From Stramenopiles sp. TOSAG23-2 (lineage: Eukaryota), in contig LT649282.1 in assembly GCA_900128395.1 (NCBI GenBank), positions 1 through 46,280 on the forward strand: 46,280 nucleotides of DNA. The letters run 5' to 3'. The notes under the pieces are model-generated. The model made no database searches. It was given only the letters and a program-made list of their open reading frames with translations, and was not told where the DNA came from. A program made the position numbers and the translations under genes. Each line of letters opens with the position of its first letter. Position 1 is the first letter of the stretch. Below, in pieces: positions 33,313 to 43,844 of the stretch.

Positions 33313-34005
33313 ATGCCAACGTATCGTTTTCCAGAAGCTGTAAAGTCAGGAAATATTCCATTCTCTCAAGGTCGTGATTATAAACCTGTAATTGGTGTGG
33401 ATCGTTTAGAAAAACAAAAAGATGTCAAAGTTAAGGCAGCAAATAATATAATACAACTACTTGGCGGTTCCGGTGCTTTGTCCGTTACGACGAAAAGCAC
33501 CAAAAGTCTAAATCTGCCGATATGGAATCGCAATTATAAATCATCCGTGAAGATATCTAAAACGCCACATAATATACAAAAACATGTAACTAATAATAAC
33601 ATTTATGTGAAAGAACCACTTGGTAGTTCTGGCGCAAGGTGGGGGGATAAACCTATACCATATGAAAAACCAATTGGTACTTTAATACCAGCTGAAAGAT
33701 CATTTAAGAATGTAATGAAAATGAAAAGAAGACAAAGAGTTAGTGAAAAACAAGACTTGCAAAAAAGTAGGAAGAGTTTACAGGAAACTTTACCAGATTA
33801 TTTGGCAGCAAATGATATTGATTCTTATTTTCCTGCAAAAAAAGAAGTAAGGCGACTAAGGCGTATTATATCAAAAGAAATTTTATCAAACAATAACAAT
33901 TCCAAAATGGATGCAACGAATAAAGGTAGAAGAAGTCGATTGAATTGGCATAAAATTGAAATTGGCGTTGCATCAAGAACAATACATGCTGGAATAGGAT
34001 GGTGA
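33313..34005 (+). CDS. Hypothetical basic protein (230 aa)
   Basis: ATG-initiated ORF with coding-like composition. No domain recognised. Confidence 0.65.
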   Translation: MPTYRFPEAVKSGNIPFSQGRDYKPVIGVDRLEKQKDVKVKAANNIIQLLGGSGALSVTTKSTKSLNLPIWNRNYKSSVKISKTPHNIQKHVTNNNIYVKEPLGSSGARWGDKPIPYEKPIGTLIPAERSFKNVMKMKRRQRVSEKQDLQKSRKSLQETLPDYLAANDIDSYFPAKKEVRRLRRIISKEILSNNNNSKMDATNKGRRSRLNWHKIEIGVASRTIHAGIGW

Positions 34006-34648
34006 AGAAATATCATATTACGAAGAGTAAATATATTTTACGTTACAGAGTTTAAATCAGAGGGTTAAATGAAGAGTGCGCGTGTACATATGATAATTAC
34101 GTGTATTAAAAAATACAATATATTGATTGGTTAAAATCTATATAAAGTTATACGCGCTTCGTAATAATTTTTTACTTCCCTTATTTACAATATATATTGA
34201 TGGTTAAAATCCTAAGTTTATATATATATATCATGTAATAATTTTACCTCCAATGTTGTAAATATGCTCTTAATGCTCAACTCTATTTCAAGAAATAATA
34301 TTTTCAATCCGACTATAGTAAAGCAACACTGTATTTTTATTTTTTTATATTTTATATAAATAAAAATATTTTAAAAAATATAATGTGTGTGTTTTATTTT
34401 ATAAAAATAATTTGAAATATGTTGTGAAAAAAAACTTCGTAATACACGAAGTATGCGCGTGTATCATATATACTTTGCGTGTATCGTATGATATTATATG
34501 CATATATATATATATATAATATATATATATGCATATGTGTTCGTATTTTAAAGACTTCTCCATTTATTGTAATAGACACTTTATATCATATACACATCAC
34601 ACGTAATACAGGCACTCCTTTGAGAGAATACTTCTCCGTCTATAATTA

Positions 34649-36586
34649 TTATAAGACTTTTTGCTTTTTTGATTGTGGTTCTTCATCATCGTCGCTATCT
34701 AAGATAACAATTTCACCTCCAGTTTCCATAATTAAAACATCATTTACAGCAACATTACCATTATTATCACTATTTGCTTTTCTTTTCTTGCTTTCATCAT
34801 TGTTATTATTGTTAGTTGTGGTGGTGGTGGTGGAAGTCGTAGCAATAATGCAAGTACCACTGCTACTATTGTTATTATTATTATTATTACTACTACTAAT
34901 ACCACCTATTACTTGAAATTTATCTGGAAATTTATCTTCATCAAATTCATCTTCATCCATATGCGAAACTTGTATGGTTGCTTTTAAATCACCTTGTGTC
35001 AAATCAGTCACCGTAAATGAGGAATTATCTTGCATTCCACCACCTGGTAAATCACATAGTTTCTTCTTTAAAAAATCAAATTCATTATCTTCATCATCTT
35101 CAATAGCATCAGGATAATAAAATAATTTAGATGGATCTGGCCCAATAGTAAATTCTGGTTCATTAAACCCTAAATTACCTTTTAATACTAATTTGACTAA
35201 ATTTTCTAACGTATTTTTCTTTGTATCAATTTTCAATGTTAATGCACTTCCACTGCAGACATAGCATTTTGGATTTTGTCTTTCCAATGAACATGCGCTT
35301 ATGATATAACCTTTTCGTGTTGGTTCCGTTTGAACTGCTTGGTATTTTAATTTGCTGATATCATCCCCACGTAAAAGTTTGTAACATTCTAACACTTCAA
35401 ACCCAGCAACGATGGCATTTGTGGTTGCGATTGCATGTACAATATTTCCAGCGATACCTTTGACATGGAATGGACTTTGTTGTGGAATGTTAAATATATG
35501 CGCTCGTAAATTACAAGCCGCAGTGACGAAATCAAGTGCTAAAGAATCATCTTTATCAAATTCCATAAACCCAACTTGTGATCGTGTAGCAGGATTTAAA
35601 TAGGTTTGTTCGATTAAATGTAAAAACACTGCCGTGGATTCTTCTATTGTCCATGGCGTTTGTTGATTCACTGTACCGCCACCATTGCATAACTTTTTAA
35701 CGTTTTCCTCTGAATTTGTTTTATAATCAATAGCATTCAAATCCAATGGAGTTGGCTTATGCTCAGCACCTTTATATTGATCTTTCATTGCTAATTTTTT
35801 TTTAATTTCTTCATTAAAAAATGCTTGAAAGACATCGGTGGCATATTTCTTCAATTTTTCCTGTGAAAAATCAACAGTTGGCCGAACACCAGCAGTACTT
35901 GCAATGACGCTTGTATCTGAATCTTCCGTTTCAACTTCATTCAACATCGATTCTTCCATGTTGCCAAATAAAAATTTAAATAATTCTTTCCCCCACACAA
36001 TGCAATGGACTGGTTTCTCCGGTGTACTTCTAATTGTACATATTGGATATTTTTTTTGCGTTGGTTTTGGTCTACAATCATAACATTCTGTATCATTCTT
36101 TCTGATGGTGTAGACTTGGCCAATATAACCTGTCGAACCCGCTTCGATCAAAGGCACACCGGCAGCTAAACATAGACGATTAACATGACGCCTTGCGCTA
36201 ACATTGTCCAATGCATTTAGAACTACACTGAACCTTTTGAAAAAGTCCACATCAAACTCATCTGATTTAACATTTCCGTGGTGTGCTTGTATTTTCACAT
36301 CTGGATTAAATCTCAAAACACTTTCCCGTGCAATTGCAGATTTTGATTTAGATACATGTTGTGGTCGAAACAGAAATTGTCGGTTTAAATTAGATACATC
36401 AATGGTATCCAAATCAATGACTTCAATATCTGCAAAGCCACCCATGACGAGATTTTTCAATAATTCGCAACCAATACCACCAGCACCTACTACTAAAACT
36501 TTTGCATTTTGTATTTTTTGAAATAGTTCATCCCCTAATGTTTTACGAATACCGGAATATCGTTTTATTGTTTGTGGTGTTTCCAT
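34649..36586 (-). CDS. UBA2: SUMO-activating enzyme subunit 2
   Basis: GAGGIGCELLKNL, DTIDVSNLNRQFLF, CxxC zinc pairs, catalytic PICTIRSTP..PVHCIVW, IAGNIVHAIATTNA, and C-terminal SIM/NLS-like IVILDSDDD..KKQK. Confidence 0.95.
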   Translation of the reverse strand: METPQTIKRYSGIRKTLGDELFQKIQNAKVLVVGAGGIGCELLKNLVMGGFADIEVIDLDTIDVSNLNRQFLFRPQHVSKSKSAIARESVLRFNPDVKIQAHHGNVKSDEFDVDFFKRFSVVLNALDNVSARRHVNRLCLAAGVPLIEAGSTGYIGQVYTIRKNDTECYDCRPKPTQKKYPICTIRSTPEKPVHCIVWGKELFKFLFGNMEESMLNEVETEDSDTSVIASTAGVRPTVDFSQEKLKKYATDVFQAFFNEEIKKKLAMKDQYKGAEHKPTPLDLNAIDYKTNSEENVKKLCNGGGTVNQQTPWTIEESTAVFLHLIEQTYLNPATRSQVGFMEFDKDDSLALDFVTAACNLRAHIFNIPQQSPFHVKGIAGNIVHAIATTNAIVAGFEVLECYKLLRGDDISKLKYQAVQTEPTRKGYIISACSLERQNPKCYVCSGSALTLKIDTKKNTLENLVKLVLKGNLGFNEPEFTIGPDPSKLFYYPDAIEDDEDNEFDFLKKKLCDLPGGGMQDNSSFTVTDLTQGDLKATIQVSHMDEDEFDEDKFPDKFQVIGGISSSNNNNNNNSSSGTCIIATTSTTTTTTNNNNNDESKKRKANSDNNGNVAVNDVLIMETGGEIVILDSDDDEEPQSKKQKVL

Positions 36587-36928
36587 TATTATTATTATTA
36601 TTTCTTATCAATCTGAAACTATAAGATAAATGAAAAATAGATTTATTCCAATTACGTCTCTCTCTATATATATAACGTATTATCTATCTATTTGATGTTA
36701 GTGAATTCTATATTTCTATTTGAATTTATATATATTCTACATGTATATATATCCATTCAATAATGATTGATTATTTATTATTATTTTTATTATATTTCTT
36801 CAAATAATAATTTTAATTAAGTATAGATAGCTCTTACTCTGGGCGGGGAGAGGAGACCTATATATAGTCGTCAACAAATCACACAAATCGATGCCAAAAC
36901 CTTAAATCACAAAAAAAAATGTACCTAT

Positions 36929-36967
36929 TTAGCATCTAAATAGCACTTGATATTATTTAGATGCTAA
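36929..36967. promoter_or_regulatory. 14-bp perfect inverted repeat with 11-nt loop in the UBA2/thiolase divergent spacer
   Basis: TTAGCATCTAAATA (36929-36942) and TATTTAGATGCTAA (36954-36967). The regulatory role is inferred from position only. Confidence 0.4.
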
Positions 36968-37343
36968 TCCTGTGGCATATCATCCTAAGTCTAACTTTTC
37001 TTATATATATAGTTTGGAGGAGATTTTCGGAATCTGTAGTGAATAGTATGAATTTTAATACTACTAATTATATAAATAGGCTATTAAAACAATATATATA
37101 TAATGATAACATGTGATAATAAATAAATATGAAGATCCGAAAATGCCCACTATGTGGAAGGTTTTACTACTTTATACTCCCTCCTCAGTCAGTCCATCAT
37201 TATCATCTTATTAAATAATCATCTTTTTATTCACAACAAATAATAATCTTCTTATCCTTTTTGTGTGTGAGGCAGCAGACATGTGATGAAAGAGAGAGAG
37301 ATTGAATATTGAATAGAAGAAAGAAATAAGATATAGTAATATT

Positions 37344-38582
37344 ATGGCATCATTAGCAGAATTACCGGATAATACACCATGTATTGTTGGTTTAGCCCGT
37401 ACACCTATGGGTGGTTTAAATGGTTCAATGTCTAGTTTTACTGCTATGGAAATTGGTTCAATAGCTATTAAAGCAGCTATGGAACGTGCGAATATTAGTG
37501 GTGAACAAGTGGATGAAGTGTATATGGGAAACGTATTACAAGCTGGGCTTGGTCAAAATCCTGCAAGGCAAGCAGCATTGATGGCTGGTATACCTACTGA
37601 TTGCCCTGCAACTACTGTTAATAAAGTTTGTGCATCTGGTATGAAAGCTGTAGCTTTAGCAGCAAATAGTATACGTTTAGGTGAAGGAAATATCATTGTT
37701 GCTGGTGGATTTGAAAGCATGTCTAGATCACCACATTGTATTCCAGCAATGAGACGCGGAGTAAAATATGGCGCTGCTGAAATTATCGATATCATGCAAC
37801 ATGATGGTTTGACAAATCCAATAGGTGAATTAAAAGGCCAATTAATGGGTAATTGTGGCGATTTGTGTTCCAGACAATTTAATATTGGACGTGAGGAACA
37901 AGATAAATTTGCATCTGCAAGTTACACGCGTGCGCACAAAGCTAGGGAAGCAGGTAAATTTAAACGTGAAATTGTTGATGTATCTGTCCCAAATCGACGT
38001 GGTCCACCAACTGTTGTTTCACACGATGAGGAAAGTTTATCTCGTGGGCCAATGACAATTGAACAATTATCAAAATTACGTACAGCATTTGATCAAACTG
38101 GGACAGTAACAGCTGGGAATGCATCAACTATTAGCGATGGTGGGGCAGCAATTGTATTGACCAGTGCGAAAAAAGCCAAAGAGCTTGGTTTAGATGTATT
38201 AGCAGTTGTGAAAGGACAAGGCGATGCAGCACAAAATGCAGAAATGTTTACAACAGCACCAGCAAAAGCAATACCAATTGCAATTGAACGAGCTGGATTG
38301 AAAGCAACAGATGTAGATTTTTATGAATTAAACGAAGCATTTGCAGTTGTAAGTGCCGTGAATTGTCAATTGTTAAATCTAGATCCAGAGAAAGTAAATG
38401 TATATGGTGGTGCTGTATCTATGGGTCATCCATTAGGTTGCTCAGGTGCACGTATATTGATTACATTGATGTCTGTATTAAGGCAAGAAGGTGGTACAAT
38501 TGGTTGTGCTGGTGTATGTAATGGTGGTGGTGGTGCAAGTGCAATGGTATTACAACGGATGACAGGGAAGGGGGCCTTGTAG
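37344..38582 (+). CDS. Acetyl-CoA C-acetyltransferase (biosynthetic thiolase, ERG10/ACAT type)
   Basis: NKVCASG (catalytic Cys), NEAF, GHPLG and CNGGGG motifs. Confidence 0.95.
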   Translation: MASLAELPDNTPCIVGLARTPMGGLNGSMSSFTAMEIGSIAIKAAMERANISGEQVDEVYMGNVLQAGLGQNPARQAALMAGIPTDCPATTVNKVCASGMKAVALAANSIRLGEGNIIVAGGFESMSRSPHCIPAMRRGVKYGAAEIIDIMQHDGLTNPIGELKGQLMGNCGDLCSRQFNIGREEQDKFASASYTRAHKAREAGKFKREIVDVSVPNRRGPPTVVSHDEESLSRGPMTIEQLSKLRTAFDQTGTVTAGNASTISDGGAAIVLTSAKKAKELGLDVLAVVKGQGDAAQNAEMFTTAPAKAIPIAIERAGLKATDVDFYELNEAFAVVSAVNCQLLNLDPEKVNVYGGAVSMGHPLGCSGARILITLMSVLRQEGGTIGCAGVCNGGGGASAMVLQRMTGKGAL

Positions 38583-38892
38583 TAAAAAAGTGTAACGCGA
38601 TATTAATGACAAGAGATATTCGTGTGCTGGTTGTTGTTAAAAAATTAGTGTGCGTGTGTATTATACACAGAGATTAACTGTTACTTCGTACGTATGAACG
38701 TACGAAGTTCCTACTCGTACGATTTTTTGATTAAAAAATATATACGAAGTTCGTAATATATTACTGTCGTATTATATATTTAAAAACATCGAAAATATTT
38801 TTAATAAAAATTCTCTCTCTTTTTTCTTTTTATTGTAAAAGCCAACCAAAGATCCTCGGACCATTACGCGTGTGTATCTCTTCCCTATGATA

Positions 38893-39942
38893 CTACAACT
38901 CATCCTTTACAACTTTTTTAATACGTTTTGATATTTTTTCTGTAATTCTTTTTTCCATTTTCTTTAAACCTTTTGCTAACCATTTCTTTAAACGCAATTC
39001 AAATTCATCCAATTTTATTTGCAATTTATCAACAATATCATTACCAGAACCATTTTGCATATTATTGGATTGAATATGATTAACAAACTTACGTTTTTCA
39101 TCCATATTGTTGTATGCTTTAATATTATGATCATTTAAAAAAGTTGATAATGCATTGTAAATTTCATTCCCTTCATAATCAACACTATAAAGATTATTAT
39201 TATTCCTTTTTTCGCCATCATTTCCCGTTGTCATTTGTGGAAAATAGATACGAATAGTTGGATAATCACCAATATTTTCATTTTCACATAAATCACTATG
39301 TTTATCGCAATCAATCGTATAAAAAAAGTATTTCTCTTGTTGCAATAAAGATGTTTTCAAGTAATGTTTTTCAAAACGTTGACTTCGTCCACTCCATGGC
39401 ATAACATATTGCACAACAACTGGACGATGAACAATAAGTTGCGAGATGATATTTAAACTATTTAGATTATTAACAGGGGCATGAATCTTTTCTCTTAACA
39501 TACGAAATTTCAGAAATTCCATTATACTACTAGAGGTTTGTGTCGATGGATTCCACAATTCTTCAATTCCACCTTCAACACTATGTATAAACCACCTCGG
39601 AAACGTAGTAAAACCAGCAGCTTTGCATTTTTCTTTACTATTTTTATTTGAACAATCAACACGTACATATGATATTTTAGTATTATCATTGCTAGTATAT
39701 ATTGGATCAAATTCTTTTTTCACGTTACGTAGCACTTGCACCGCTTCTTTGCTAATTGCTTTGCTTTTACCTTGATTGGAAACAAATACAACTATTTTTT
39801 CACCATTTAGTTCTTCAACTTTATCAAAACTTATACGTAATATTTTATTTTTATTCTTATTCTCAAGTGCTTTTACATTATGAAATATATTACTGCATAT
39901 AATTATTATGGTAAGTATTATATATAAATTTCCAATTGCCAT
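38893..39942 (-). CDS. ER-resident PDI-like thioredoxin-fold protein lacking CxxC
   Basis: Signal peptide, two Trx-like units (VDC...C...FP and IDC...LC...YPTI), PWSGRS in place of PWCGHC, and C-terminal KDEL. Confidence 0.8.
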   Translation of the reverse strand: MAIGNLYIILTIIIICSNIFHNVKALENKNKNKILRISFDKVEELNGEKIVVFVSNQGKSKAISKEAVQVLRNVKKEFDPIYTSNDNTKISYVRVDCSNKNSKEKCKAAGFTTFPRWFIHSVEGGIEELWNPSTQTSSSIMEFLKFRMLREKIHAPVNNLNSLNIISQLIVHRPVVVQYVMPWSGRSQRFEKHYLKTSLLQQEKYFFYTIDCDKHSDLCENENIGDYPTIRIYFPQMTTGNDGEKRNNNNLYSVDYEGNEIYNALSTFLNDHNIKAYNNMDEKRKFVNHIQSNNMQNGSGNDIVDKLQIKLDEFELRLKKWLAKGLKKMEKRITEKISKRIKKVVKDEL

Positions 39943-40917
39943 GGTTGTTATTGTTATTTAACAACTTGCTCTAAAAATATGAAAGTTCTTGATATTGTTC
40001 TGTTCTGTTCTGATCGATATCTGTCTACGTAAATGGTATTATATTGTATAAATCTATATTCATTCGATTGATATATATATTTGTATCGTAATAATGTTAT
40101 TGGCATGCTATTGTAGGTGCATTAAAACTCAAAAAAAATAATACAATACTGGTATGTTTTAAAAAATGATGATGCAGTGTATAAGTATAGTATTATCTAT
40201 CACTTATTTTTTACTATCTCCTATATATCTGTCTGTTCTGATGCACTCTGCACTTTCGAAATACCTTAAAACACGCTAGGATATATTATAGGAGAAAGGA
40301 GAAACGTAATATAAATATTTACTAAAATCTTGAGACGGCTTTTTTGTAATAGTAATGTATAGAAGATTCCGTTAAGACAAATATCACACATGAAATGTTG
40401 CTTCTCGGTTATCTGGTATAGGACAAATCGCCCAACAGATGAACCAACATAAATTTTATTATTTATTCTTTTTTCTCGTACTGATTGATGCAATAATATT
40501 TACATAACAACAAATTTGGAGATATTAATATATTATCAAAATATAATATGATACAAAACTTGTTTTATCATACTATGATATATTTCCTGCTTACTTTAAT
40601 TTCCTCTTTAATTTCCTCTTATAATTGTTTTCTATCTTTCGTTCTATATATGATATTATATCTTACCAGCACTTATTAAATACAAACAAAAATTATATTT
40701 ACACCCCACAATACGTGCCATGTATGCGTTTTTTCAATAATAATGTGCGCGCGTGTGTATGTACTACATTATATAAATATGACCTCTGGGAGCTGTAATT
40801 TTTTAGTCGTCTAGAGTTCCCAAGGAGTTGTGATTTTAATGCCAGTACTATTTAAAAAATATAATAAAAGCTTTTACGATCTCGTATTTTTTTTTTTAAA
40901 TAAAAAACTAGTGGTAT

Positions 40918-42009
40918 TCATTTCTCTGGATTATTGTCGTTATGCCATAATGTGCCACCTTGTCCATTTCCATATCTTGCATCTTTGTTTGAATATAATT
41001 CTTTTGGAAAGGCTTCTTCAATTTTTGCCATATCATCATCTGTTAATGTATCGGCAAGTGCAATTGCAGCAGCATTTTCTGCAATATGTTTTGCACTTCT
41101 ACTACCAGGAATTGGAACAACTCCAGCACCATCAAGCAACTTATTACCATGTTTAATAAGCCATGCTAATCCCAATGTTGCACACGTAACATTTTTAGCA
41201 TCAGCTAACGTTTGAAATTTAGCTAAATTGACTCCATTTTGTTCATACGCTGCATATTTTACAGCACCCATTTTACGATAATCCATTCCATCTTTCAATG
41301 CCTCTGTAATGTTAACTGTGTTTGTCAACATACCTCGACCAAGTGGCGAATAGCACACAATGCCAATTTTTAATTCACGACATGTATCTATAACATCTCC
41401 ATCTTCTAAATCACGTGCAAATAATGACCATTCCATTTGTACGCAACTTATAGGACAAACTGCATGTGCTCGTCGAATCGTTTTTGATGATGCTTCTGAT
41501 AATCCAACGTATTTAATTTTGCCTTCTTTTTTTAACTCGTTCATCTTTTCCATGCAATCTTCAATTGGTACATTTTGTGGTATGCGATGCATATAAAGTA
41601 AATCAAGGCAATCGATGCCTAATCGTTTTAAACTTTCATAGCAAGTCTTTTTCACACTTTCAAGTTTGAATTTATCTTTACCTCGTACTGCTACTTTTGT
41701 AGCTACAATAAAATTGTCCCTTCCCAAGTCTTTAATTGGACCACTTAGAAGAGATTCACTATATGTTCCACAACAACAACCTAATAATAATAGAATTGAT
41801 TTGTAAATTTGAGCCGTATCGATATGGTTTATACCATTATCTTTAAGGGTAGCAATTAATTCATGGATTCCTTTTTTACTCGGTACTTTTTTACCATATA
41901 AATCTTTTCCATTCCAGTTTCTTTTAATGCCAATAGACATACCGCCGAAGCCAATTCTAGATGATTGTAAACCTTGTGAACCAAGTGGGATTAATTTACT
42001 ATTTGACAT
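40918..42009 (-). CDS. Aldo/keto reductase (AKR13-like)
   Basis: LGSQGL..IGFGGM, DTAQIY, ATK, SLKRLGIDCLDLLYMHR, GKIKYVGLSE, YSPLGRG and PIPGS. Confidence 0.92.
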   Translation of the reverse strand: MSNSKLIPLGSQGLQSSRIGFGGMSIGIKRNWNGKDLYGKKVPSKKGIHELIATLKDNGINHIDTAQIYKSILLLLGCCCGTYSESLLSGPIKDLGRDNFIVATKVAVRGKDKFKLESVKKTCYESLKRLGIDCLDLLYMHRIPQNVPIEDCMEKMNELKKEGKIKYVGLSEASSKTIRRAHAVCPISCVQMEWSLFARDLEDGDVIDTCRELKIGIVCYSPLGRGMLTNTVNITEALKDGMDYRKMGAVKYAAYEQNGVNLAKFQTLADAKNVTCATLGLAWLIKHGNKLLDGAGVVPIPGSRSAKHIAENAAAIALADTLTDDDMAKIEEAFPKELYSNKDARYGNGQGGTLWHNDNNPEK

Positions 42010-43009
42010 TATTATAATATCTTGTAAAAAAAATTATATTCGTATCTTTTTGGTATTAAATTATTATTATTATGTTTATATAACTATGCTGGTGTTGTCT
42101 CTTTTTATATTTTTTTATCTCTTAATATATATACACACCTTTACACAAAAGTTGTTCTTTCTTTCTTTTTGTAATTACACTTTTTCTTACAATTTGTGTG
42201 GTTATTGAAGTTCGGTATACCTGCCACCAGCCTGGTATAGGCCTACTATTATATATTTATAAATAGATGATTATGATAGATAAAAATCAGAAAATATCAT
42301 TTTCAATCGTCGATTTCTGAATTTCCTTCGTACTAGGTACTTATTTTGGTATACTTAATTATTTACCTATCAAATTCATCTTGCTCTTTTTCCTCGTATA
42401 TAAAGTAAAATTTTTATAACAGTACCAGGTCCATATGGATAGTATTATTGAAATTTATTATACTAAATTAAAATTAAAATTATCTTACTTCTCACATATG
42501 TACTTCTTCTTTTTCTTTTTCACAATTGGTATAAAATTTATTATATATACCGCGCATCTCGTATTTATTATACTAGCCATAAGTCATTTGCCAGTTCAAT
42601 TGCTTTCAATTGTGCTTCATCATCTGCACGTCGAAACACTTCTTGCGTTCTACGCAACATAGAGTTGCAACCCCCCCCTAGCGTATGCAGTTGTGTGCTT
42701 GTTGTTTTTACATTTTTTGATCATCACTAATTTTTCCATTGTTATACGTTTTAAAATTATGAAATTATATTTCCTTCTGTGATAGTACTTACTTTACTTA
42801 AGCTATAACGTACTTATTAGACTAGTGCATTAGCCTCGACGTTCGACGTTGCTTCGATATGAAACTCCCGTACTAAATCACATTATACGCTATGTCTATG
42901 CTATTGTTGATCTTGTATACTTGTGGTAGGATAACTGTCCCCTATATACCTCAATATAGTATATCAAATGCCAAATTAAAATGACGTAATAGTAATAGAA
43001 AGCCTGCCC

Positions 43010-43311
43010 GGCAGATTATTAAATCGGAGCCAATGAGACCGAAATCAATGGGACCCAAATTTTATCAAAAAATGAATTTCAAAAAAGGATTTTGTGATTT
43101 CATTTTTTAAAAATAAATTACTAGATAGATATGCCATTTCACAAAATAATAATCGGATATTTGTATGTTAATAATATCAATAATCGGCATTTTTTGATCC
43201 AATTTCGTTCCCATTGATTTCGTTCCCATTGAACCCTACTCTCCAACTCTATGCTAATGCTATTCCTATCCTAATATTTTCGGTCCCATTGGCTCCGATT
43301 TAGAATCTACC
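43010..43311. mobile_element. MITE-like element (~300 bp) with ~33-bp imperfect TIRs and 15-bp subterminal repeats
   Basis: Left end GGCAGATTATTAAATCGGAGCCAATGAGACCGAAA versus reverse complement of right end GGTAGATTCTAAATCGGAGCCAATGGGACCGAAA. AT-rich interior, no ORF. Confidence 0.75.
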
Positions 43312-43314
43312 TAA

Positions 43315-43460
43315 GGCCTGGAAAGCTGGAAAGCCAGGAAAGCCTGGAAAGCCTGGAAAGCCAGAAAGCCGCCATGAAAGCCGCCAGGAAAAAGCCAGAA
43401 AGCTGGAAAGCCAGGAAAGCCAGAAAGCAGCCGCCAGGAAAGCCAGGAAAGCCAGAAAGC
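43315..43460. repeat. Degenerate 9-13-bp GC-rich tandem array (GGAAAGCCW core), about 15 units
   Basis: Repeated gaaagccagg/gaaagcctgg/gaaagccgcc units directly abutting the MITE-like element. Confidence 0.9.
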
Positions 43461-43844
43461 GAAAATTATTATTGTATAGAAAACCAACAACAACAAAAAA
43501 TTCATTGGCCTAAAATAACACGAAATAAGAAATTCGGATCCTATACTATAATATATATAGGTGTCTATACTCATAAGTATAGGTGTGAGCAGGAATTATT
43601 ATTCGCTATATTATTCTAAATTTAAATTAGTTGCAATACTAATCCTATAGTAGTAATAATAAACAACAAAAAATACAAATATAATTGATGAATAAAAAGA
43701 TATACCATACATTACACATATATATATATCGATAGAAAAGAGACAGAGCAGAGATACGTAGATATATATATATATATATATACATACATACATACATACA
43801 CATATAATTAATTTATTTATTATTTTATTATCAAAAGAATCACC

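Noticed and set aside
38565..38582. Peroxisomal PTS1 on the thiolase (-GAL)
   Set aside because: It does not fit the S/A/C-K/R/H-L consensus.
42570..42738. Possible frameshifted minus-strand gene (..MLRRTQEVFRRADDEAQLKAIELANDLWLV) around a G8 run
   Set aside because: The pieces are short and show no recognisable homology, so they cannot be distinguished from chance.
43311..43619. ORFs 43311-43574 (-) and 43374-43619 (+)
   Set aside because: They are translations of the GGAAAGCCW repeat running into AT-rich spacer.
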